Shown here: in pieces, positions 1-9,869 of the stretch
Position numbering within the stretch: the first letter of the stretch is position 1
How the letters are laid out: each line of letters starts with the position of its first letter
Sequence record: CP132210.1
Source of the DNA: a plasmid
DNA length: 64,000 nt
Direction: 5' to 3' (one strand)
Program-made: the position numbers and the translations under genes
The notes under the pieces: generated by a model
The model's database searches: none
The model's input: the letters and a program-made list of their open reading frames with translations, nothing else
Told to the model about the DNA's origin: nothing

Positions 1-66
1 CCCCTGGATGAGGGGCTCTTTAAATTCGACAAGGAGCAAATCGGCTGTCACCGGCAATGGACGCCT

Positions 67-399
67 TCACTTCTTGTTGAGATTATCGCGAACTGTCTTG
101 AAGGTGTCTTGGCCTTTGACCAACTCCAAGGCTGCACGGACACGATTACCAGCGTCCACGGAAGCCTCCGCATAAGAGCAATGGTAACGTTCCTTCAAAA
201 CCCTCGCGGTCTCTTGGACGACAGTCTCCTCACCATGTTCATTAACCGCCTTCTGGAAATGGTACAGATCCTTAGAGGCGTTGAGGCCTATTTTGGCAGC
301 CTCAACCGTATCGAAAGCATCATCCACGAGGCTTTGGATAACGTCAGGGAAAGAAATAATACCTTGCATGAGTAACTCCGGTGGATAAAGGGTAATCAC
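67..399 (-). CDS. hypothetical protein (backbone)
   Basis: 110-aa ORF with no recognisable motif. It is divergent from the neighbouring backbone ORF. Confidence 0.3.
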   Translation of the reverse strand: MITLYPPELLMQGIISFPDVIQSLVDDAFDTVEAAKIGLNASKDLYHFQKAVNEHGEETVVQETARVLKERYHCSYAEASVDAGNRVRAALELVKGQDTFKTVRDNLNKK

Positions 400-589
400 A
401 CTTTAAGTCTAATTCTGCATCAGGGCAATGTACGAACGGAACGCGAGCCGCGTAACGCCACAGTGCGAGCTGGCGGGCGGCCATAACCCCATCCGAACGA
501 CCGGCGAGGAGTCGCCACACTAAGCGTGGGCTCTTTGTGTTTTCAGTGCGACCAAACCGGCAGATGTCAGATCTCCTTGTGGTAGCGAA

Positions 590-1463
590 TTGATATTCCA
601 CCGGGTTAGTCTCTCCATACAACAACTTGGAGAAATCGTAATGGATGTCGTCAGCCGGATTGAGCGCGCAAGAACCAAAGCTTTTTATCAGTTGCTCGTG
701 GACAGGCTCGGAGTAGAGGCCTGGACTGTGCGAAAAGATGCCTATTTGAAGCGCATACGTGCTCAGGAGTCGAGGTTTAATATCAAGCTGCCGATAGAGC
801 CTCAGCTCTTCTCTCCAGCAGAGGATGACATCGACTGGTATATCCTGATGTCGTATCTGTCTCATGATTTTCCGTTGAGCGACTCGGCCTACAGCAGTAG
901 ACGGGTCTGTCCCTATGCAATGGCTATCGGAGCTGTTGCAGATCAACTGCGCAAAGTCCCCAACGTTGAAGGTGTCCTGGACAAAATGCTGGCGAATAAC
1001 AACAAGCCTGAAACCCAGCTTTTCGAGCTGCTGACGGCTTCGTTCTACTTAAAGAACGGCTACGAGGTCGCCTTCATTCCGGAAAACAGCATTGTCTGGC
1101 CCGACGGGAAAACCAAGAAATCTCCCGACATGCTAGTCAAGTCAGGAGAGCTGGAGTTCTACGTTGAATGTAAACGGGCGGATAAGCAAACCAGGTACTC
1201 AAAGAGCGAAGAGCAGGCATGGGCCAATATCTGGCATGAGTTAAGCGAACACATGCACGAAGTTGCACCGTGGAACATCATCAACTTGGTTTTCCATGAG
1301 CAGGTTGCTGACGTGACGCCGGAAGAGGTAATCCAAGTGGTTAATCTCGCCCTCAAAGGAGGAACAGGAAAAGCAAAGGAGAGGGCTATCAGTGTCGAAA
1401 TCCGGGCCATCGACAAGTTAGGACTCCTGCGTCACTATCGAGAGTTTTCGGTTAGACCCAATA
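590..1463 (+). pseudogene. 5' portion (about 291 codons) of a backbone ORF interrupted by the 32-kb transposon. It continues in frame at 33610-34171, giving a reconstructed ORF of about 478 aa. It has a PD-(D/E)xK-like motif (SPDM...ELEFYVECK).
   Basis: The reading frame ...VRPN at 1463 joins to SPQQELLVFGDMDSNEK... after the second AATAG copy at 33605-33609. The tail of the 331-aa ORF in the track is translated IR sequence. Confidence 0.6.
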
Positions 1464-1501
1464 GGGGAGCCCGCAGAATTCGGAAAAAATCGTACGCTAA
1501 G
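1464..1501. repeat. 38-bp terminal IR, Tn1721/Tn501 type (tnp end)
   Basis: The sequence reads GGGG...CGCTAAG inward toward the tnpA 3' end. Confidence 0.8.
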
Positions 1502-4463
1502 GTTTTCCGGGCATCCGTAAGGGCCGAAACTTCCCGTCTTCCAGTCTGCGGCTCTGCCGCCAGACGTAATCGCCGGTTAGGTTGATGTGCTCCCAGCCCA
1601 GCGGCGACAGGAATTGCAGCAGCTCGCCGTCCACCGGCTTGCCGGCCTCGACCAACCCCTGGGTGGCGCGTTCCAGGTACACCGTGTTCCACAGCACGAT
1701 AGCCGCCGTCACCAGGTTGAGGCCGCTGGCCCGGTAGCGCTGCTGCTCGAAGCTCCGATCCCTGATTTCCCCAAGGCGGTTGAAGAACACCGCCCTGGCC
1801 AGCGAGTTGCGCGCCTCACCTTTGTTCAGGCCGGCATGCACGCGGCGGCGCAGTTCAACACTTTGCAGCCAGTCCAGGATGAACAGCGTGCGCTCGATCC
1901 GGCCCAGCTCGCGCAGGGCCACGGCCAGTCCGTTCTGGCGCGGGTAGCTGCCGAGCTTGCGCAGCATCAGCGAGGCGGTGACGGTGCCCTGCTTGATCGA
2001 GCTGGCCAGGCGCAGGATGTCGTCCCAGTGGGCACGCACGTGCTTGATGTTCAGGGTGCCGCCGATCAGCGGGCGCAACGTCGGGTAGGCTTGCACGCCC
2101 TGCGGCACGTACAGCTTGGTTTCGCCGAGGTCGCGGATGCGCGGCGCGAAGCGGAAGCCTAGCAGGTGCATCAGGGCAAAGACGTGATCGGTGAAGCCGG
2201 CCGTGTCGGTGTAGTGCTCCTCGATCCGCAGGTCGGACTCGTGGTACAGCAGGCCGTCGAGCACATAGGTGGAATCGCGGACGCCGACATTCACCACGCG
2301 GGTGCTGAACGGCGCGTACTGGTCGGAGATATGGGTATAGAACAGCCGTCCCGGCTCGCTACCGTACTTCGGGTTGACGTGCCCGGTGCTCTCGCCCCGG
2401 CCACCCGCGCGGAAGCGCTGGCCATCGGAGGATGAGGTCGTGCCGTCGCCCCAGTGGGCGGCAAAGGCGTGGCGATACTGGTGGTTGACCAGCTCGGCCA
2501 AGGCCGCCGAATAGGTTTCGTCGCGGATGTGCCAGGCTTGCAGCCAGGACAGCTTGGCGTAGGTCAGGCCGGGGCTCGACTCGGCCATCTTGGTCAGCCC
2601 GAGGTTGATCGCATCACCGAGGATTGCGGACAGCAGCAACGTCCTGTCTTTGGCCTCGGCCCCGTCCTTCAAGTGGGTGAAGTGGCGGCTGAAGCCCGTC
2701 CAGTCGTCCACGTCCATCAGCAGTTCGGTGATCTTGATGCGCGGCAGTAACTGGCTGGTTTGGTCGATCAGCGCCTGCGCCCGATCCGGCACCGCCGCAT
2801 CCAGCGGGGTGATTTTCAGCCCTGACTCGGTGAGGATGGCATCGGGCAGCTCGTTGTCCTTGGCCAGGCGGGTGACGGTGGCCAACTGCTCGTCCAGCAG
2901 CTGCAAACGCTCTTCCAGGTACTGGTCGCTGTTCGGGTTGATCGCCAGGGGCAGGGCCTGCTCGCGCTTGAGTGCGGCGAACTTCTCGGCCGGCAGCAGG
3001 TAGTCGTCGAAGTCGCGGAACTGCCGCGAGCCCTTGACCCAGATGTCGCCGGAGCGCAGGGCGTTCTTCAGCTCGGACAGGGCGCAGATTTCGTAGAATT
3101 TCCGGTCGAGGCCTTCCGGGGTGATCACCAGCGGCTTCCAGCGCGGCTTGATGAAGGCCGTGGGTGCATCGGCCGGCACCTTGCGCAGGTTGTCGGCGTT
3201 CATCTCACGCAGGGTCTGCACGGCTGCCAGCACGCCTTGCGCGGCCGGCGCGGCGCGCAGTTCCAGCACCTCCAGCAAGGCCGGCGTGTAACGGCGCAGG
3301 GTGGCGAAGTTCTCGCCGACCAGGTGCAGGTGGTCGAAGCCTTCCGGCCGGGCCAGCAGCTCGGCCTCGCTGACGCTCTCGGTGAACTCGTCCCAGGGAA
3401 TCACCGCCTCGATGGCGGCATAGGGGTCGCTGCCGCTTTCCTTCGCTTCCAGCAGCGCCTGGCCGATCCTGGAGTACAGGCGCACCTTGTCGTTGATCGC
3501 CTTGCCCTGCTTCTGGAACTGCTGCTGATGCTTGTGCTTCGCGCCGCTGAACAGCTTGACCAGGATGCGGTCATGCAGATCGACCAGCTCATCGATCACG
3601 GTCGCGGTGCTCTCCAGCACCACGGCGGCCAGGGTCGCGTAGCGGCGCTGCGGCTCGAACTTACCGAGGTCTTTGGGCGTCATCTGCCCACCCTCGCGGG
3701 CCAGCTTGAGCAGGCGGTTCTGGTGGATGTGCCGGCCCAGGCCTTCGGGCAAGTCCACCAACTGAAATGTCTTCAGCCGCTCGATGTGTTCCAGCATGTG
3801 CCGAGAGTTGGGTTTCAGCGGTGCCTGGCGCAGCCAGGTCAACCAGGTGATGCTGCTGCCGGCCTTGAGCTTCAACAGCTCGTCCAGCTTGGCCCGATGC
3901 GAGTCCGTGAGTGGTTCGACCAGGGCGCGGTAGACCCGCCGATTGGCTCGCGCAATGGCTTCCGAGCAGGCCCGGTCAATCACGCTCAGCGCCGGCAGGA
4001 TGCGTCGTTTCTGCCGTAGGCTCTCCAGGGCCTGACCGGCCAGCAGCAAGCCTTTGTCGGTCTGCTGGGCCAGCTCGGTTAGCTCGCGCACCAGGGCGCG
4101 GAAGTCGGACAGGCCGAACGGGGCCAGTTGCAGGTAGGTGCGCAGTTCCTGGGCATGCTCGCGACGGGTCACGTCGCGCTCGCCGTACTTTGCCCAGCTC
4201 GCCGGCTCGGCCTGGACTTGCTTCGCCACCCACAGGATGACCGGCTCGGGCAGCTCGCTGTCGGTTCCCAGCGCGTAACCGGGGTAGCGCAGCAGGCAGA
4301 GCTGCACGGCGAAGCCGAGGCGGTTGGCGTCGCCGCGTCGCTGGCGGATCAGCGACAGGTCGGAGTCGTTGAAGGTGTAGTAGCGGATCAGGTCATCCTG
4401 GCTTTCCGGCAGCGCAAGCAGGGTGTCCCGCTCCGTGGCCGAGAGGATCAAGCGACGCGGCAT
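1497..4463 (-). CDS. tnpA: Tn3-family transposase TnpA (Tn1721/Tn501-type), 988 aa
   Basis: Full-length ORF. N-terminus [36 protein letters not shown] and the conserved DDE core. Its C-terminus abuts the IR. Confidence 0.9.
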   Translation of the reverse strand: MPRRLILSATERDTLLALPESQDDLIRYYTFNDSDLSLIRQRRGDANRLGFAVQLCLLRYPGYALGTDSELPEPVILWVAKQVQAEPASWAKYGERDVTRREHAQELRTYLQLAPFGLSDFRALVRELTELAQQTDKGLLLAGQALESLRQKRRILPALSVIDRACSEAIARANRRVYRALVEPLTDSHRAKLDELLKLKAGSSITWLTWLRQAPLKPNSRHMLEHIERLKTFQLVDLPEGLGRHIHQNRLLKLAREGGQMTPKDLGKFEPQRRYATLAAVVLESTATVIDELVDLHDRILVKLFSGAKHKHQQQFQKQGKAINDKVRLYSRIGQALLEAKESGSDPYAAIEAVIPWDEFTESVSEAELLARPEGFDHLHLVGENFATLRRYTPALLEVLELRAAPAAQGVLAAVQTLREMNADNLRKVPADAPTAFIKPRWKPLVITPEGLDRKFYEICALSELKNALRSGDIWVKGSRQFRDFDDYLLPAEKFAALKREQALPLAINPNSDQYLEERLQLLDEQLATVTRLAKDNELPDAILTESGLKITPLDAAVPDRAQALIDQTSQLLPRIKITELLMDVDDWTGFSRHFTHLKDGAEAKDRTLLLSAILGDAINLGLTKMAESSPGLTYAKLSWLQAWHIRDETYSAALAELVNHQYRHAFAAHWGDGTTSSSDGQRFRAGGRGESTGHVNPKYGSEPGRLFYTHISDQYAPFSTRVVNVGVRDSTYVLDGLLYHESDLRIEEHYTDTAGFTDHVFALMHLLGFRFAPRIRDLGETKLYVPQGVQAYPTLRPLIGGTLNIKHVRAHWDDILRLASSIKQGTVTASLMLRKLGSYPRQNGLAVALRELGRIERTLFILDWLQSVELRRRVHAGLNKGEARNSLARAVFFNRLGEIRDRSFEQQRYRASGLNLVTAAIVLWNTVYLERATQGLVEAGKPVDGELLQFLSPLGWEHINLTGDYVWRQSRRLEDGKFRPLRMPGKP

Positions 4464-4466
4464 GTG

Positions 4467-5027
4467 TCAGTCGTCCGTGCGGAGGTACTGGTAGAGGGTT
4501 TCCCGGCTGATGTTGAACTCGCGGGCAAGCTGCGCCTTGGGCTCGCCGGCCGTCGCTCGCTGCCGCAGGGTAGCAGCCTGCTCATCGGACAGGGCTTTCT
4601 TGCGGCCCCGGTACGCGCCACGCTGCTTGGCCAAGGCGATGCCCTCACGCTGCCGCTCGCGGATCAGGGCGCGCTCGAACTCAGCGAAGGCCCCCATCAC
4701 CGACAGCATCAGGTTGGCCATCGGCGAGTCCTCGCCAGTGAACACCAGGCCCTCCTTCAGGAACTCGATGCGCACGCCGCGCTGAGTCAGCTTCTGTACC
4801 AAGCGACGCAGGTCATCGAGGTTGCGGGCCAGCCGATCCATGCTGTGCACCACCACTGTATCGCCTTCGCGGACGAAGCTCAGCAGCGCTTCGAGCTGGG
4901 GGCGCTGGGTGTCCTTGCCCGATGCCTTGTCGGTGAACACCTTGCTCACCTGGGTTTGTTCCAGCTGGCGTTCCGGGTTCTGGTCAAAGCTGCTGACCCG
5001 GACGTAGCCGATGCGGTGCCCCTGCAC
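4467..5027 (-). CDS. tnpR: serine resolvase TnpR (Tn21/Tn501 family), 186 aa
   Basis: MQGHRIGYVRVSSFDQNPERQ... with a C-terminal HTH. It lies directly upstream of tnpA. Confidence 0.9.
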   Translation of the reverse strand: MQGHRIGYVRVSSFDQNPERQLEQTQVSKVFTDKASGKDTQRPQLEALLSFVREGDTVVVHSMDRLARNLDDLRRLVQKLTQRGVRIEFLKEGLVFTGEDSPMANLMLSVMGAFAEFERALIRERQREGIALAKQRGAYRGRKKALSDEQAATLRQRATAGEPKAQLAREFNISRETLYQYLRTDD

Positions 5028-5202
5028 GATGTCTCCTTGGTTGAAGGCGGCTTAAGTGCACTTTCTGTTCCGTTGTGCCTCAAAGCCCATTTCTGTCAGG
5101 CTGAAATCTATAACCTTCGCGGGCATGTGTCAAAAAATGGGAAAGCAGACTCTATTCTGACGAAGCGGCGCGGCCCTGCCTGACATCAAGTTAGGGTATG
5201 CC
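5028..5202. promoter_or_regulatory. res site region (resolution site and tnpR promoter) of the Tn21-family module
   Basis: Position between the tnpR start and tnpM. Subsites were not individually mapped. Confidence 0.45.
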
Positions 5203-5553
5203 TCAACCTGACGGCGGCGAATCACAAGCGTCCGGTTTGACGCTGGTTTCGGTCGCAGTGCTGGCCCGCGCCTGGAAGCGCTGATAGCACTCCAGCCCGC
5301 AGAAATGCTCCACGTACTCGGCCCCTTCCGGCGTGAAGGCGGCATCGAGCGGGATTTCCTTGCAGCACACGCAGCAACTGGTGCTCGGTTCATTGGCGTT
5401 CATGGTGGTGTTCCTCCATTGGTTGACGAAGCCGACGAAGGCCGCCGCCGGCATCGGCCTGGCGAACAGGAAACCCTGCACCGTGTCGCAACCCGCCTGC
5501 CGCAACCACGCAAGGCAGTCGGGTGTTTCCACACCCTCGGCTACCACCTCCAT
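5203..5553 (-). CDS. tnpM: TnpM (urf2 remnant with an EAL-domain C-terminal fragment), 116 aa
   Basis: [33 protein letters not shown]...CCVCCKEIP. The 204-aa ORF in the track is an artefactual read-through across IRi. Confidence 0.7.
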
Positions 5554-5564
5554 TGTCGTTTTCA

Positions 5565-5589
5565 GAAGACGGCTGCACTGAACGTCAGA
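5565..5589. repeat. IRi, the 25-bp inverted repeat of the class 1 integron / Tn402 family
   Basis: TGTCGTTTTCAGAAGACGGCTGCAC. Confidence 0.85.
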
Positions 5590-5755
5590 AGCCGACTGCA
5601 CTATAGCAGCGGAGGGGTTGGATCCATCAGGCAACGACGGGCTGCTGCCGGCCATCAGCGGACGCAGGGAGGACTTTCCGCAACCGGCCGTTCGATGCGG
5701 CACCGATGGCCTTCGCGCAGGGGTAGTGAATCCGCCAGGATTGACTTGCGCTGCC

Positions 5756-6769
5756 CTACCTCTCACTAGTGAGGGGCGGCAGCGCATCAAGCGGTGAGCG
5801 CACTCCGGCACCGCCAACTTTCAGCACATGCGTGTAAATCATCGTCGTAGAGACGTCGGAATGGCCGAGCAGATCCTGCACGGTTCGAATGTCGTAACCG
5901 CTGCGGAGCAAGGCCGTCGCGAACGAGTGGCGGAGGGTGTGCGGTGTGGCGGGCTTCGTGATGCCTGCTTGTTCTACGGCACGTTTGAAGGCGCGCTGAA
6001 AGGTCTGGTCATACATGTGATGGCGACGCACGACACCGCTCCGTGGATCGGTCGAATGCGTGTGCTGCGCAAAAACCCAGAACCACGGCCAGGAATGCCC
6101 GGCGCGCGGATACTTCCGCTCAAGGGCGTCGGGAAGCGCAACGCCGCTGCGGCCCTCGGCCTGGTCCTTCAGCCACCATGCCCGTGCACGCGACAGCTGC
6201 TCGCGCAGGCTGGGTGCCAAGCTCTCGGGTAACATCAAGGCCCGATCCTTGGAGCCCTTGCCCTCCCGCACGATGATCGTGCCGTGATCGAAATCCAGAT
6301 CCTTGACCCGCAGTTGCAAACCCTCACTGATCCGCATGCCCGTTCCATACAGAAGCTGGGCGAACAAACGATGCTCGCCTTCCAGAAAACCGAGGATGCG
6401 AACCACTTCATCCGGGGTCAGCACCACCGGCAAGCGCCGCGACGGCCGAGGTCTTCCGATCTCCTGAAGCCAGGGCAGATCCGTGCACAGCACCTTGCCG
6501 TAGAAGAACAGCAAGGCCGCCAATGCCTGACGATGCGTGGAGACCGAAACCTTGCGCTCGTTCGCCAGCCAGGACAGAAATGCCTCGACTTCGCTGCTGC
6601 CCAAGGTTGCCGGGTGACGCACACCGTGGAAACGGATGAAGGCACGAACCCAGTGGACATAAGCCTGTTCGGTTCGTAAACTGTAATGCAAGTAGCGTAT
6701 GCGCTCACGCAACTGGTCCAGAACCTTGACCGAACGCAGCGGTGGTAACGGCGCAGTGGCGGTTTTCAT
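5756..6769 (-). CDS. intI1: class 1 integron integrase IntI1, 337 aa
   Basis: [40 protein letters not shown]... Tyrosine recombinase. Confidence 0.95.
6654..6682 (+). promoter_or_regulatory. cassette promoter Pc, variant TGGACA-17 bp-TAAACT (PcH1-like). The downstream P2 has only 14-bp spacing and is inactive.
   Basis: -35 TGGACA at 6654-6659 and -10 TAAACT at 6677-6682. The P2 region reads TTGTTA-14 bp-TACAGT, without the GGG insertion. Confidence 0.6.
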
Positions 6770-6905
6770 GGCTTGTTATGACTGTTTTTTTGTACAGTCT
6801 ATGCCTCGGGCATCCAAGCAGCAAGCGCGTTACGCCGTGGGTCGATGTTTGATGTTATGGAGCAGCAACGATGTTACGCAGCAGGGCAGTCGCCCTAAAA
6901 CAAAG
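6770..6905. other. attI1 recombination site
   Basis: ...GCCCTAAAACAAAG|TTAACC. The first cassette begins at about 6906. Confidence 0.55.
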
Positions 6906-6915
6906 TTAACCCAGG

Positions 6916-7398
6916 ATGAGAACCTTGAAAGTATCATTGATGGCTGCGAAAGCGAAAAACGGCGTGATTGGTTGCGGTCCAGACATACCCTGGTCCGCGA
7001 AAGGGGAGCAGCTACTTTTTAAAGCATTGACCTACAATCAGTGGCTTCTGGTGGGTCGCAAGACGTTTGAATCTATGGGCGCACTCCCCAATAGGAAATA
7101 CGCGGTCGTTACCCGCTCAGGTTGGACATCAAATGATGACAATGTAGTTGTATTTCAGTCAATCGAAGAGGCCATGGACAGGCTAGCTGAATTCACCGGT
7201 CACGTTATAGTGTCTGGTGGCGGAGAAATTTACCGAGAAACATTACCCATGGCCTCTACGCTCCACTTATCGACGATCGACATCGAGCCAGAGGGGGATG
7301 TTTTCTTCCCGAGTATTCCAAATACCTTCGAAGTTGTTTTTGAGCAACACTTTACTTCAAACATTAACTATTGCTATCAAATTTGGAAAAAGGGTTAA
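6916..7398 (+). CDS. dfrA14: trimethoprim-resistant dihydrofolate reductase, dfrA14/dfrA5 group. The true start is probably the TTG at 6925, giving [16 protein letters not shown].
   Basis: ...[61 protein letters not shown]...[11 protein letters not shown]. The allele was not resolved. Confidence 0.8.
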   Translation: MRTLKVSLMAAKAKNGVIGCGPDIPWSAKGEQLLFKALTYNQWLLVGRKTFESMGALPNRKYAVVTRSGWTSNDDNVVVFQSIEEAMDRLAEFTGHVIVSGGGEIYRETLPMASTLHLSTIDIEPEGDVFFPSIPNTFEVVFEQHFTSNINYCYQIWKKG

Positions 7399-7609
7399 CA
7401 AAGCTATGCAATCGACGGCAAAAAGCTTCGTTCGCTTCGCGCACTACGCCTTTTCCGCGATTGATAGCGACGTTATGTGAATATTGAAATGAGCATTCCA
7501 AAGAAAGGAAGTAGAAAAATTATCGTGGGCGAAAATGAGTTTTTGTGGCTCATTAGGTCAAAACTCACATATTCGCAGGACTGTTTAGGTACAGAAATGA
7601 CTGCGGTCG

Positions 7610-7842
7610 TTGAACCGGATGCCGGTCCTCACTGATGAAGAAGTGAACACCGTACGGGAATCGTGCCGGCAGCTTGGAGCTATCGGCCGGAACCTCAACC
7701 AGGTGGCCAGGGCCTTGAACATCGAGTTCAGGGAAAGTGACAAGCTCAAGCAAGAGGCCATCGAAAAACTGGCCGAACGGATCGACCAGCATTTGGACCA
7801 TGTGTCTGAGCTGTTCGATAAGACCTGGAGCCGGTGGCACGA
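7610..7842 (+). pseudogene. mobC: MobC-like mobilisation protein fragment. The ORF runs into IRt.
   Basis: MNRMPVLTDEEVNTVRESCRQLGAIGRNLNQVARALN... MobC family. The C-terminal residues CHFQKTTAP are translated IRt. Confidence 0.5.
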
Positions 7843-7966
7843 TTGTCATTTTCAGAAGACGACTGCACCAGTTGATTGGGCGTAATGGCTGTTGTGCAGC
7901 CAGCTCCTGACAGTTCAATATCAGAAGTGATCTGCACCAATCTCGACTATGCTCAATACTCGTGTG
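7843..7966. repeat. 123-bp IRt-end segment of Tn402/class 1 integron (IRt plus tni-end sequence), in inverted orientation, abutting IS6100 as in In4-type arrangements
   Basis: IRt at 7843-7867. The inner portion, CACACGAGTATTGAGCATAGTCGAG, recurs next to the tniA start at 29120-29144. Confidence 0.7.
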
Positions 7967-8846
7967 GGCTCTGTTGCAAAAATCGTGAAGCTTGAGCATG
8001 CTTGGCGGAGATTGGACGGACGGAACGATGACGGATTTCAAGTGGCGCCATTTCCAGGGTGATGTGATCCTGTGGGCGGTGCGCTGGTATTGTCGCTATC
8101 CGATCAGCTATCGCGACCTTGAGGAAATGCTGGCGGAACGCGGCATTTCGGTCGACCATACGACGATCTATCGCTGGGTCCAGTGCTACGCCCCGGAGAT
8201 GGAGAAGCGGCTGCGCTGGTTCTGGCGGCGTGGCTTTGATCCGAGCTGGCGCCTGGATGAAACCTACGTCAAGGTGCGGGGCAAGTGGACCTACCTGTAC
8301 CGGGCAGTCGACAAGCGGGGCGACACGATCGATTTCTACCTGTCGCCGACCCGCAGCGCCAAGGCAGCGAAGCGGTTCCTGGGCAAGGCCCTGCGAGGCC
8401 TGAAGCACTGGGAAAAGCCTGCCACGCTCAATACCGACAAAGCGCCGAGCTATGGTGCAGCGATCACCGAATTGAAGCGCGAAGGAAAGCTGGACCGGGA
8501 GACGGCCCACCGGCAGGTGAAGTATCTCAATAACGTGATCGAGGCCGATCACGGAAAGCTCAAGATACTGATCAAGCCGGTGCGCGGTTTCAAATCGATC
8601 CCCACGGCCTATGCCACGATCAAGGGATTCGAAGTCATGCGAGCCCTGCGCAAAGGACAGGCTCGCCCCTGGTGCCTGCAGCCCGGCATCAGGGGCGAGG
8701 TGCGCCTTGTGGAGAGAGCTTTTGGCATTGGGCCCTCGGCGCTGACGGAGGCCATGGGCATGCTCAACCACCATTTCGCAGCAGCCGCCTGATCGGCGCA
8801 GAGCGACAGCCTACCTCTGACTGCCGCCAATCTTTGCAACAGAGCC
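7967..8846 (+). mobile_element. tnpA: IS6100 (IS6 family), 880 bp. Transposase CDS at about 8028-8792.
   Basis: 14-bp IRs GGCTCTGTTGCAAA at 7967-7980 and reverse complement at 8833-8846. Tnp begins MTDFKWRHFQGDVILWAVRWYCRYPISYRDL... Confidence 0.9.
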
Positions 8847-9284
8847 CGCCGTGCTAGTCTGCTCGGTGATGGTGGAGTGAAGCCAACCCGCAATCGGGTT
8901 ATGAATCTGCATCGCGATTCGCAATCAGCTGTCTCTTGAGCATGTCGAACTCCTGCGATGTTATCTCGCCGTGCTCGTGCTGCTACACCAACTTGTCCAA
9001 CTCATCCGCCACACCGCTCCCCACCACCTGCGATGGCCAGGTTGTTTGCTGGGCGCATTGGCGGAGTATCGTCTCGACCCGGGACACCCACACCGGCACA
9101 ACCTTACGGGAGTGATTCACTGTCAAAGAATCGGCCCGGTGCTCTGACGCAAGTATCGGGATGGTCACCATTTGTAAGCCGTAGACCTGAGTGGTGATCA
9201 AGACTTCGATACCACCGACCGTACCGGTACTAATCGACGACGGTCGTGTTCGTCGCCTGCCGCAGGGACTCTGCACACCTCCGT

Positions 9285-9869
9285 TTACGCATGTGCCTGG
9301 AGGAGTTGGAAATCGTCGTGTTCGGGAAACATTAAACACAGGATGGCAGCGATCTGAGCCAGCACATGATCAGCTAGCTCACCATCCGGATCGACGGCCC
9401 ACTGCATCGTCGCGCCAGCGATGACCGAGTGCAGGAGCAACTCAGCTGCCGCAGGAGCACCTGGGGGCAGTCGCTTGCGGATCCCCTCCACCACCGCGCG
9501 GTTCCGCTGGATCGCAAGCGTGCGTAGCTCCGGCACCTGGAGCTCGTACCAGGAGATGAGATAGTTCACCGAGAAGTCGTTGCGAGTGTTCATGCTCCGA
9601 ACGAGCACCTGCAAAAATTCCCAGAGCCCTTGCGGCCCTGCGCCTATCGGTATCGCATTCAGGTAATGCCGCACCTGCTCGACGCCGCGCTCCATCATCC
9701 TCACCAGCAGCGTATCGCGGTTGGTGAAGCGCTGGATTAACGCTGCGCGGGAGAGCCCCACCTCCTTTGCTACTCCGCTGAGCGTGAACTCTATGGGACC
9801 GCAACGCTTCAGCACTACGGTGGCGGCCTCGAGTACCTCGTCATCGGACTTGAGCTTGGGGCGGGGCAT
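9285..9869 (-). CDS. mphR(A): TetR-family repressor MphR(A), 194 aa
   Basis: MPRPKLKSDDEVLEAATVVLKRCGPIEFTLSGVAKEVGLSRAALIQRF... Classic IS6100-mphR(A)-mrx-mph(A)-IS26 module. Confidence 0.85.
   Translation of the reverse strand: MPRPKLKSDDEVLEAATVVLKRCGPIEFTLSGVAKEVGLSRAALIQRFTNRDTLLVRMMERGVEQVRHYLNAIPIGAGPQGLWEFLQVLVRSMNTRNDFSVNYLISWYELQVPELRTLAIQRNRAVVEGIRKRLPPGAPAAAELLLHSVIAGATMQWAVDPDGELADHVLAQIAAILCLMFPEHDDFQLLQAHA

Larger units (their letters stand above)
5565..7966. mobile_element. class 1 integron A: intI1-attI1-dfrA cassette. It lacks the 3'-CS and ends at a mobC fragment plus an inverted 123-bp IRt-end segment abutting IS6100.
   Basis: IRi, intI1, Pc, a G|TTAACC cassette junction, and IRt TGTCATTTTCAGAAGACGACTGCAC at 7843-7867. 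Confidence 0.75.

Noticed and set aside
344-946. 200-aa ORF on the minus strand overlapping the 590-1463 ORF
   Set aside because: It overlaps a more protein-like ORF that is independently validated by its in-frame continuation across the transposon. Its composition is unconvincing.
1587-4240. Numerous 60-350-aa ORFs antisense to tnpA. Similar ones lie opposite merA, tniA and Tn21 tnpA (for example 29961-31259, 30733-31743, 49066-49914).
   Set aside because: High-GC coding regions generate long stop-free antisense frames. All lie inside confidently identified genes.
5203-5817. 204-aa ORF in the track
   Set aside because: Artefactual fusion. The first 88 codons are translated integron sequence and IRi. 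Only the last 116 codons (tnpM) are genuine.
8847-9284. Several 60-120-aa ORFs between IS6100 and mphR(A)
   Set aside because: They are overlapping frames in GC-rich non-coding or remnant sequence. None has a recognisable motif or plausible start.
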